From Saprospiraceae bacterium (GTDB lineage Bacteria > Bacteroidota > Bacteroidia > Chitinophagales > Saprospiraceae), in contig JBMOJB010000003.1 in the NCBI GenBank assembly GCA_049316985.1, positions 4,093 to 68,092 of the forward strand: DNA of 64,000 bases. Reading direction: 5' to 3'. The notes under the pieces are model-generated. The model did no database searches, was not told where the DNA came from, and worked only from the letters and a program-made list of their open reading frames with translations. This document shows positions 17,259 to 26,800 of this stretch, piece by piece. Position 1 is the stretch's first letter, and each line of letters begins with the position of its first letter. The translations under genes were made by a program, and so were the position numbers.

Positions 17259-20200
17259 ATGAAAAAATTAACACTCGTTTTGGTGATGTTATTTGCTTCG
17301 CTTAGCTTATTGCTTGCGCAAAGAACGATTACCGGGAAAGTCTCTGACGAAAAAGGCGAAGCCATTGTTGGAGCAAATGTCCTTGTAAAAGGAACTTCGG
17401 TAGGTGCCGCCACGGATGTGGACGGTAACTACAGAATAGCTGTTCCGGCAGGTAGTAATGTGCTTGTTTTCAGCTACATTGGTTTTACAGATGAAGAGGT
17501 AAGTTTAGGTGCCTCCAATGTTGTAGACATTAGATTGCAGGAAAATTCTAAAGTGCTGACGGATGTGGTCGTAACGGCTTTAGGAATTGCCAAAAAAGAC
17601 AAATCAATCGGTTATGGGGTCAGCAAGGTCAGCGGTGCTGCAGTATCCAGTTCTGGTGAGATTAACGCTGTTCAAGGTCTTGCCGCAAAAGCATCAGGTG
17701 TACAAATAGTAGGATCTGCTGGTGTACCCGGAGCTTCGTCCAAAATTTTAATTAGAGGTAACTCCACTTTCACTGGTGAGAACCAACCTTTATTTGTTGT
17801 GGATGGTGTGCCTTTTGACAATCAAACCAATTCAGTGGTTTCTGCTGATTATCCTTTCAACGCTAACTTGCAAGGTATCAATGAATCAAACAGAGCTTTG
17901 GACATTAACCCCAATGATATTGAGAATATCTCAATTCTGAAAGGACCTTCTGCATCTGCATTGTATGGTACACGTGCTGCAAATGGTGTCGTTTTGATTA
18001 CAACCAAATCAGGTAAGAAAGGTCTAAGTGTAGATTATGGCGTTCAATTCGATTTATCGGAAGTAAATAAAATGCCTGAATACCAGACAGCGTACGGTCA
18101 AGGAAATGGTGGTGGATTAAAAAATGCAACTACCGGTTTGATCAATGAAACAGGAACTTATGCTGCAACAACACCCAATAGCTGGGGGCCAAAAGCTGCA
18201 AATGTTTTTGACAATAATGACAATTATTTTCGCAAAGGTCAATCCTGGGCAAATAATTTCTCTATTTCAGGTGGAAATGATAGGTCTAGTGTACGTTTTT
18301 CTTATAGAAATGATGATCAGGAAGGTATTATACCGAATACATTCTTGAAAAGAAATACTTTCAGAGTGAATGCCACAACTGGAACAGATCAACTAAAGGT
18401 CACTACATCAGTGGCTTATACCAACACCAATGCGAGAAAAGCTCAAAATGGTAGTAACCTGTCTGGTATTATGCTTCCTTTGCTTCGTATGCCAGTTGAT
18501 TTTAATATCATTGGTGGTGCTGGAACAGGCGGTTATGAAACGGCTGCCGGTAAGCAGCATACCTATCTTGGCAACTATGATAATCCGCTTTGGACCGCAT
18601 ATCACAATCCCCAAGACTCAAGAGTAAATCGTCTTTCAGGAAATGTGAAATTCGACTATATGCCTGCAGATTGGTTGACATTTACGTACAGAATTGGTAC
18701 AGATATGTATAACGATGTTCGTAAGCAAATTTTTGATATCGGATCAAATAACATTGGATCCAATGGTGAACTTTGGGAGTCGAACAACAAACATGAGGAG
18801 GTTAACTCTGATTTCTTCATAACTGCAAAAAAGACAGTTGGCGATCTTGGTGGTAGTTTGACTGTAGGTAACCAATTGAATCAACGCTACGATCAATCAA
18901 TTTTCTCTAGAGGTAGAGATTTGACTATTCCTGGTTTTTTCAATTTAAGAAATGCAACTACCTTGTATGCTGACGAAACAAACACTACAAGAAGAATTGC
19001 TGGTATGTTCTTTAGTTTGGATTTAGATTACAAAAACTTCCTATATTTAAATGTTGCAGGCCGTAATGACTGGGCGTCAACTTTCGGACCACAGGCTAAA
19101 AAGTCTTTCTTCTATCCAACTGCAAGTTTGTCTGCTGTACTTTCCGAAATATTGCCTAAAAATGACATCATGACTTTCCTAAAGGTTCGTGGATCATTTG
19201 CAAGAGCGGGTAGAGAGCCAGGTGCTTATTCTTCTCGTACTTATTTCGTAAAACCATTCATCACTGACGGATTTACAGACGGTTTTGGTTTCCCTTACAA
19301 AAATGCTAATGGCTTTTCGATAAGCAACGTATTGGGAAATCCGGCACTTCGTCCGGAGATCAACACTTCGTACGAAGCGGGTATCGATGCTAAATTCTTG
19401 AAGAATAAAATTACTGCTGCTGTGACTTATTATAATTCATTGGCAAGTGATCTATTGGTGGCTCGTCCATTGGCTTCTACTTCTGGTTTCCAGGCAGTTA
19501 ACTCAAATACCGGAGAGATGAGAAACAGTGGTATTGAAGCGGATTTAGATATCAATGTTTTAAATACTAATGGATTCAGCTGGAATATTGGTGGTGTATT
19601 CACTAAAAATGTAAGTGAAGTATTAAAACTTGCAGAAGGTGTTGACCAAATCAGCCTTGAAGCTGCATTTACAGGAATTGGTTCTTATGCAATCGTAGGA
19701 CAGCCCTATGGTGCTATTTTCGGAGGAAAATGGTCTAGAAACGCTGCTGGTCAATTGATTATTGGAGCGAATGGCCTGCCAAACAGGGATGCTGCTGAAG
19801 GTTATATTGGCAACCCATTCCCAAAATGGACTGCAGGTATTCGCAATACATTTTCATACAAAGGACTTAGGTTATTCGCTTTGTTGGATATTAGAGAAGG
19901 TGGTGACTTATGGGGTGGAACAGTTGCTCGTTTGAACAGAATTGGTAAAATGGCTGAGACCGGTAAAAGATCTGACTTCTATGTAATTGACGGTGTTAAA
20001 GCTGATGGTTCGAAAAATGACATCAAAATAACTCCTCAACAATACTTTGGAACTTACAAGGGTGATGGTGCCGGTTCTGCGTCTGAAAATGCTATTTTCT
20101 CAGGTGGATGGGTGAGATTGCGTGAGGTTACTTTGACCTATACCTTGCCTTCTTTCGCGAAAGTGTTGAAAAATGCTGAAATTTATGTAACGGGCAGAAA

Positions 20201-20339
20201 CCTTTGGTTAAAAACCAACTATCCGGGTGTTGATCCTGAAACAAGCTTAACTGGTGCAGGTTCAAATATTGGTGGTTTTGACTATTTCAATATGCCTGGA
20301 GCACGCTCTTACATTGTTGGATTGAGAACTAGTTTCTAA
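17259..20339 (+). CDS. SusC/RagA-family TonB-dependent outer-membrane transporter
   Basis: 1026-aa ORF with a signal peptide. The N-terminal carboxypeptidase-regulatory-like domain reads ITGKVSDEKGEAIVGANVLVKG...DGNYRI. Plug region: ISILKGPSASALYGTRAANGVVLITTK. The C-terminus ends in ...LRTSF. Confidence 0.9.
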   Translation: MKKLTLVLVMLFASLSLLLAQRTITGKVSDEKGEAIVGANVLVKGTSVGAATDVDGNYRIAVPAGSNVLVFSYIGFTDEEVSLGASNVVDIRLQENSKVLTDVVVTALGIAKKDKSIGYGVSKVSGAAVSSSGEINAVQGLAAKASGVQIVGSAGVPGASSKILIRGNSTFTGENQPLFVVDGVPFDNQTNSVVSADYPFNANLQGINESNRALDINPNDIENISILKGPSASALYGTRAANGVVLITTKSGKKGLSVDYGVQFDLSEVNKMPEYQTAYGQGNGGGLKNATTGLINETGTYAATTPNSWGPKAANVFDNNDNYFRKGQSWANNFSISGGNDRSSVRFSYRNDDQEGIIPNTFLKRNTFRVNATTGTDQLKVTTSVAYTNTNARKAQNGSNLSGIMLPLLRMPVDFNIIGGAGTGGYETAAGKQHTYLGNYDNPLWTAYHNPQDSRVNRLSGNVKFDYMPADWLTFTYRIGTDMYNDVRKQIFDIGSNNIGSNGELWESNNKHEEVNSDFFITAKKTVGDLGGSLTVGNQLNQRYDQSIFSRGRDLTIPGFFNLRNATTLYADETNTTRRIAGMFFSLDLDYKNFLYLNVAGRNDWASTFGPQAKKSFFYPTASLSAVLSEILPKNDIMTFLKVRGSFARAGREPGAYSSRTYFVKPFITDGFTDGFGFPYKNANGFSISNVLGNPALRPEINTSYEAGIDAKFLKNKITAAVTYYNSLASDLLVARPLASTSGFQAVNSNTGEMRNSGIEADLDINVLNTNGFSWNIGGVFTKNVSEVLKLAEGVDQISLEAAFTGIGSYAIVGQPYGAIFGGKWSRNAAGQLIIGANGLPNRDAAEGYIGNPFPKWTAGIRNTFSYKGLRLFALLDIREGGDLWGGTVARLNRIGKMAETGKRSDFYVIDGVKADGSKNDIKITPQQYFGTYKGDGAGSASENAIFSGGWVRLREVTLTYTLPSFAKVLKNAEIYVTGRNLWLKTNYPGVDPETSLTGAGSNIGGFDYFNMPGARSYIVGLRTSF

Positions 20340-20368
20340 TTAAATCAAAATAAAAATATTAAATACAT

Positions 20369-21709
20369 ATGAAAAAAATAATTAATTCTTCATTAATATT
20401 GATCGTACTCGTATTGATATCGAGTTGCTCAAAGTTTGTAGAAGGGTATGACGTTTCTCCTAATGCACCTTCAGATGCTCCACCGGTATTGTTGTTGCCT
20501 GCAATCCAAGTGTCTACGTTTTCAAACTTAACCGGTAAAAATGCGCGTGACGCAGGTGTTCTTACCCAACAATTAAAGGGTGCGCTATTTCAAGCTCAAG
20601 AATTGGAGAGCTATGCGCTCACAGAATCTTCAGTAGATGGTGACTGGGCTCAGATTTATAGTCTTTCTATTGTCAACTGTAATGTTTTGATCAACAAATC
20701 TGATGATAAAAGCAAAACGTATCGCGGCATTGCTCGAATCATGAAAGCAATGAACCTAGGGTTGGCAACTGATCTATGGGGTGATGTGCCTAATTCAGAG
20801 GCTGGTTTAGGACAAGATGGTAAAACTTTCAATGCTAAATTCGATTCGCAAGAAGATGTAATTAAGGATATTCAAAAGATGCTTAGCGATGCAATTGCTG
20901 ATCTTGGTTCTGCATCAGGAGATATCGTAAAACCGGGAGCAGACGATTTAGTTTATGGTGGCGATGCGAAAAAGTGGATTGGTGCTGCATGGGTATTAAA
21001 AGCAAGATATGCCAATCGTTTGAGCAAGAAAAATCCGGCTGGTTCTGCTACTGATGCTATTAATTTTTTAGCAGAAGCCTATAAAGCAGGATTTACAAGC
21101 TCTGCAAGCAATTGTAATGCAGTCTTCGACAACACTGCTGCCAATTCATTTAATCAGTGGAAAGCTTACGATGCGCAGAGAGCTGGTTATCTTACAATGA
21201 ATAAGAATATGATGGATTTGATGACAGGACTAAATGATCCACGTTTGTCCTTCTATGCAAAGGACAAAACAATGGGCGATAAATCTGCATTTGGTGAATA
21301 TGCCAGGGGGGAGAAAATGCCGATGGTTTCTTTTATGGAAGCTAAATTCATTGAAGCTGAAGCAAACTTGCGTGCAGGTGCTAAAGACAAAGCTGCGGCT
21401 GCTCAAAACGAGGCGGTTAAAGCAAGTATCCTTTTGGTAACTGGCGCCGCTACATCTCCATTTGCTGATGAAACTGCTGCTACGATCACGCAGGGAGCAA
21501 TTATGACACATAAGTATATTGCAATGTTTACGCAACCTGAGGTGTATAATGACTGGAGAAGAACCAATATTCCTGCTTTGACTCCTAACGCTGGTGCAAC
21601 TGTCAATTTTATTCCAAGAAGATATCCAACTGCATTGACAGAGCGTCTTTATAATACAAAGGCGGTTGTAAATGCTAAATTGGACGATCCGGTTTGGTGG
21701 GATAAATAG
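20369..21709 (+). CDS. SusD/RagB-family lipoprotein
   Basis: 446-aa ORF with a lipobox (LVLISSCS). It starts 29 nt after the SusC-like gene. It is helical and TPR-like, with the C-terminal WRRTNIPAL block typical of SusD homologues. Confidence 0.8.
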   Translation: MKKIINSSLILIVLVLISSCSKFVEGYDVSPNAPSDAPPVLLLPAIQVSTFSNLTGKNARDAGVLTQQLKGALFQAQELESYALTESSVDGDWAQIYSLSIVNCNVLINKSDDKSKTYRGIARIMKAMNLGLATDLWGDVPNSEAGLGQDGKTFNAKFDSQEDVIKDIQKMLSDAIADLGSASGDIVKPGADDLVYGGDAKKWIGAAWVLKARYANRLSKKNPAGSATDAINFLAEAYKAGFTSSASNCNAVFDNTAANSFNQWKAYDAQRAGYLTMNKNMMDLMTGLNDPRLSFYAKDKTMGDKSAFGEYARGEKMPMVSFMEAKFIEAEANLRAGAKDKAAAAQNEAVKASILLVTGAATSPFADETAATITQGAIMTHKYIAMFTQPEVYNDWRRTNIPALTPNAGATVNFIPRRYPTALTERLYNTKAVVNAKLDDPVWWDK

Positions 21710-21735
21710 TAAGTATTTTTAATTGTTATTAATGG

Positions 21736-21778
21736 AGCATCCTGATATTCGAGTGAATGTCAGGATGCTTTTTTTTTA
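21736..21778 (+). terminator. Intrinsic terminator after the SusD-like gene
   Basis: Stem agcatcctga / tcaggatgct followed by T9. Confidence 0.65.
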
Positions 21779-21836
21779 ATCTGCAACAAAAACTTTATAC
21801 GAATTTGAATTTTCTATAATGCCCACTATCTTTGAT

Positions 21837-21844
21837 GGTACAAT
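21837..21844 (+). promoter_or_regulatory. -7 box TATCTTTG
   Basis: Exact TAnnTTTG 31 nt upstream of 21875. Confidence 0.45.
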
Positions 21845-21874
21845 TAATATTTAAAATTTCTAGTTTTATATTAA

Positions 21875-23809
21875 ATGAAATATTTGATTTTTACTTTCAT
21901 AGGTTTGAGTTCATTTTTTTTGAATTCTTCATTCGCAAATAGCATTTCTGATGCTAGGACTTTTGATCTGAATTCAGGATTTTCTGACTATGATTTGCTT
22001 CATTATCATTTCAGATTGAATGTTGAAACCAATAGTCGCGCATTGCATGGTTCAGTAGTGATCAGTGCGAGAAGTATATCTGATGCGCTTGATGCTTTTG
22101 AGTTTCAACTGCACGACAATTACGCAATTGATTCTGTAGTTTATAATGATCAACACTTAGTTGTTCAGAAGATCGGTGCGCATAGAAAGCAGGCTATATT
22201 ACCGGTTCCGCTCTCTGCGAATAAAATGTTCAGTCTAACAATATACTATAGAGGAAATGCCCCGCTGAGTACCAATAATTGGGGTAATGGAATCGTGCAA
22301 AAAAGGGAAACGAAATACAATACTGATGTTTTCTACACTTTGAGTGTTCCATATCACGCTTATGAATGGTTTCCATGTAAGCAGGTTTTGACCGATCTAA
22401 TCGATTCTGTAAAGATGACAATCATAACACAAATAGGAAATAGTGTAATTTCAAATGGTTCGCCGGTTTCTGATGTGGATTTGCTAAATGGCAAACATGC
22501 GGTCACCTGGAAAAGCAACTATCCCACTAATTATTATTTAATTTCGTTTAATGTTGGCAAATATGTTCCTTATCATTTTGATGTCGCACTGCCCGGTAAG
22601 TCAGATGGTAGCATGCCGGTGATGAATTTTTTATATAACCAGACGTCCATTATTAAACAAAAGCCAATTCTAGATCAAGTGGGAAGCTTTTTAGGTAATT
22701 ATTCTAATCTGTTTGGACTTTACCCTTTTCACAAAGAGAAATTTGGAACCGTCATTGTACCCTTGAGTGGTGGTATGGAACACCAAACCATTGTAAATCT
22801 GGCTACCGATTATGATAAGTACTTAGTAGCTCACGAGATGGCACATCAGTGGTGGGGCGATAATATAAATTTGAAGTCATATCACGATGTGTGGTTGAGC
22901 GAAGGATGGGCTACATATAGTGAGTACTTGACTGCAGAGAGCTTGTTTCCCGCAGAAGCGAAAAATATAATGGATACCGACCACAATAATGCGTTAAGAC
23001 AAGCTTCAGGCAGAACTTATATAGCAGATACCACTAACTTTAACACGATATATAATTACGACAATGTATACATGAAAGGAGCAGTAATCGCTCATACTTT
23101 ACGTGCTGAAATAGCCAACGATTCTCTTTTTTTTAGTTCTTTAGCCAATTTTCAAAAAAAATATAGCCATAAAAGTGCTGACGTCGCCGATTTCAAGGCA
23201 ACTATCGAAAAAGAAACAGGAAAAGACCTTTCTCTGTTTTTTGATCAGTGGTATTATGGTTTTGGTTATCCGAAGTTTGCAATCACATGGGCGAACAAGG
23301 ATCAAAAACTATTCATTAAATCAGTGCAAACCACTTCCAGTGCTAACACGCCCTTATTTAAAACTAATATTGAATTCTCCATTAAAAGGGTGAATTTTCC
23401 CGATACAATCATTGTCTTGTATCAGGATAGAAATGATCAAACCTTTTTCATCAACGGCTTTTCGGGGGTAACCGGCATTGTGCTTGATCCTAGGAATGTA
23501 ATATTAAATAGGTTGACCTCAATGAAACAAGATCAGAATTTGGTGGCTAACGACGATTCTTCAATTGAAAAACACCTCATTGAAATATTTCCTAATCCTG
23601 TTCACGACGTTTTAAATATCCGTACAAAGTTGAAAGGAAAATGGAGGGTTGAGATTTACGCTGAAAATGGAAGGCAAATTTTTGAGCAAGAATGCCTTGA
23701 GCCTAATTTAACCATTTCACTCCATACTTTTTCATCAAAATCAGTAATCATAAAAGTAACTGACGAGAATGAAAAAATATGGAGTAAATTGATATCAATA
23801 CTTCATTAA
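21875..23809 (+). CDS. M1-family zinc aminopeptidase with a T9SS C-terminal domain
   Basis: 644-aa ORF with a signal peptide. It has GGMEHQT (GxMEN-like), HEMAHQWWGD plus WLSEGWATY (HExxH-18-E). The C-terminal FPNPVHDVLNI... resembles a T9SS CTD. Confidence 0.85.
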   Translation: MKYLIFTFIGLSSFFLNSSFANSISDARTFDLNSGFSDYDLLHYHFRLNVETNSRALHGSVVISARSISDALDAFEFQLHDNYAIDSVVYNDQHLVVQKIGAHRKQAILPVPLSANKMFSLTIYYRGNAPLSTNNWGNGIVQKRETKYNTDVFYTLSVPYHAYEWFPCKQVLTDLIDSVKMTIITQIGNSVISNGSPVSDVDLLNGKHAVTWKSNYPTNYYLISFNVGKYVPYHFDVALPGKSDGSMPVMNFLYNQTSIIKQKPILDQVGSFLGNYSNLFGLYPFHKEKFGTVIVPLSGGMEHQTIVNLATDYDKYLVAHEMAHQWWGDNINLKSYHDVWLSEGWATYSEYLTAESLFPAEAKNIMDTDHNNALRQASGRTYIADTTNFNTIYNYDNVYMKGAVIAHTLRAEIANDSLFFSSLANFQKKYSHKSADVADFKATIEKETGKDLSLFFDQWYYGFGYPKFAITWANKDQKLFIKSVQTTSSANTPLFKTNIEFSIKRVNFPDTIIVLYQDRNDQTFFINGFSGVTGIVLDPRNVILNRLTSMKQDQNLVANDDSSIEKHLIEIFPNPVHDVLNIRTKLKGKWRVEIYAENGRQIFEQECLEPNLTISLHTFSSKSVIIKVTDENEKIWSKLISILH

Positions 23810-26800
23810 TCCAATTCCTGATATTTTCCATTGTTTGTTTCCCAAATGACTGAGTCAACGGAGTCAGCAGAAGCATCAAGCGTATAATCGGAATTCAACA
23901 TATAGTCATCAAAAAGACCATTCTGATTTTCCCAGGTAACTGAGTCAATGGAGTCAACGGAGCCATCGTAATCTGCATCTCCACCGTTCATTGTTGAAAT
24001 GTTGGCGCTAATTGGATTTGTAGGATATAGACCATTCAGAGCAATTGAGTTATTGGTGAAATCCAAAAGAGATGTGGAATTGCTAAGCGCTATTTGACCC
24101 AAAGTTCGGAAACCAAGGTGATTTCTATGTCGGACTGCAATAAAGTAGTTTCCGGCTGGCGCATTTGTAAATGTTACGGGAGAAACTCCATCAATATCCA
24201 CAATGTCACCGTCTTGTTGTAAAAGTGCAGCACGGGTATAAGCGACGGAGGTAGATCCGGAAATGCCAGTTCTAAGTTCAAGGAATATCCAGTCTACTAT
24301 CGCGTTATTTCCTGTTTGTGAAAGGACAAAAGGGCTGACTGTAGCTGCCGGACCACTATTGACATGAACAAACGCACTGCTGTAAGGTGCATTCGAATAT
24401 GGATCGGTTAAAGGAAAATTGAATAAATCCTTTAAATCGGCACTCATTAAACCTGTCAATGTGCTGTAATTATTCAAATAAACTTTTGCTTGTACTTTCG
24501 GATTGACAATATTTGTAATCTCAACTACTGCATCATCTGTACTACCCGAACTGGTAGAAGCTGTATTTCTGATAGCGCTTTTGATGACTAAATTCACGTC
24601 ATCGATGTACCACCCGCAGTTACCTCCTGTACAATCTACGCCTGCGTCGGTAATCATCCTGAATCTTATCAAAACGGTACTGCCCATGTAAGCGGAGAGG
24701 TCTATTTGAGATTGAATCCAACCATTGCTATTGCCGCTAAAGAAGCCGGAATAGCCATTTAAGATGAAATCAGGTCCGAGATCGGTCCAGCTACTACCAC
24801 TATTGGTTGAAATTTCAACAGTACCTCCGTCATATCCATCTTCGGTATTGTAGCGATGCCAGAAAGACAAAATACCTTTCCCGGTCAATGTGTAGGGAAT
24901 TGAATTTCTCAAATTAAAATCTGTAACTACACTTGAGGTCGGAGCAAATTTTGAAGTTGCTCCGCTGTTTACAAACGAACTGCTGTTGCTGAAATTATTT
25001 GTACCGGTTGTCACCGCAGTCACCCAGTTTCCTGCTGGCGTGCTACCATCAAAATCATCATTAAGCGGGGTTGTTGGTGCAGCATAAGAATTACTGGCTA
25101 TTTCAGCCTGGAAAGTATAAGTCTTTACCTCATTCGCCAAAAAACTCTGATTTGACCAGGTCACCGTATTTCCTGATAAAATTCCACCATTATTTGCAGA
25201 ACCCTGCACATACGTTATATTTAACGGCAATGGGTCTGAAATAGTAGAAGTTGTATTTGAACAGCCACAAGTTGCAGTCAAAGTGAAAGTTACAGTTCCT
25301 CCGGAAGGTGCTAAAAGAGGAGCCACATCCTTTTTGATTTCAACTCCGGCAGGCATTGAATAATCTTCTGTTACTGTTCGGTCACCCGAAGAAGCACCTG
25401 TACTGGCATTGGCTCCTAGTCCTCTGCGTGCAAAAGCTTTCCAGATACTGCATTTGTATTTTCCATTGAAAAGCAATTGATCTGCCTGGAGTATAGCATT
25501 TCTTGCATCGACAAAACTAGGTGAACATTTTTGTAGTCTCAATCCTTCATTGACCAGTTTTAAAGCAGCAATATTTCCCACAAAATTGGAAGTATTGTAG
25601 ATATCAGCAACGATTTGATTGTCCTGAAAAATTATTTCCCAAGTCATATCCCAAAGCATAGTACACCAGATAGATCCAATGCCATGTGGCTGACTAAATG
25701 TGGAGGTATTTCCAACTCCTGCATAGGTTACATTATTATTAATACCGGTTTTGTTGTACGAATAAGGGAAAGGCCTGATTCCTCCTCCTGTAGTTGGCTG
25801 TGCAATAGCATAAGTGCCAATTCCCCTTGCTACGTTTGCACTTGCAAGAGTAGGCGTCTGGTTGGTCCAGTTCGTTGTCAGCATTAGACCAAGATAGTCT
25901 GCCCATCCTTCGCCGCCCTGCTCGGCATTTCCCAGGCACCCTGAATTAGCTGGACCACCGGTTAATCTTATACTCCAACCATGACCAAATTCATGAGAAA
26001 TGATGCCATTATCAAAATCTCCATCGGGTTGGTATCCTCCGGCTGGATTTAAAGTGACATTAACCGTTTGCGCAGCGTTCAGCTGTGCTTTTATTGTGTT
26101 GCCATTTGCCAGTGAGATCATAAAAGCGGGAATTGTAATCGTATTGTCGGTTCCTCCCATGGCGATGGGAGTTGTCGAGACATTATTAACCACAAGTACT
26201 GCTATGGCACCGGCATTTTGTGCATTTTTAACCTTAGCAACAAATGATGTAGTATTACAAGTGGTTGTGGATCCACCTCTGTCGATTACTGCAATTTTAC
26301 CGACAATTGCAGCGGCATTGTCAAATGGTACACAGCCTAAAGCTGTTGTTGCCGCACCGGCATCATCTACAATTATCAGATTGCCGGTAAGACTACTTGT
26401 TAATTTATTATTTGTACTGAATGCAGATTCGTAGGTTGTATAAGTGCCGGCGATTGAGGCCGGTGAATTTACGGTCATATTACTAGAACTGGAACCGGTC
26501 CAAAGGTACATTTGCATTCTACCGTTGCCACCATCTACCGGTGTCGAAAAATTGGCGTTATTGGTTCCACCACCATCCTGAGCATCTGCAAATACATAAT
26601 CGTTTCCTAGACCTCCTCTGTTCATATTATTGGCCTGGAAATTTCCGCTTGGTTCGTCAAAGCCAAATTTGTAAAGCACGTCATGTATTACGTTGTTCCA
26701 ATAGAAAAGATTGGTAATTGCAGCAAGTCGATTTCCGACCGCCGTATTCGGTCCAAAAGTGTAGGGATAATCAAATTCCAAAGTTGCGGAACTAGGCATA

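Noticed and set aside
26000-26434. 144-aa plus-strand ORF inside the M36 gene (and similar ORFs at 25615..25887 and 24503..24691)
   Set aside because: They are antisense to a 1321-aa ORF with clear catalytic motifs. Long genes commonly carry such shadow ORFs.
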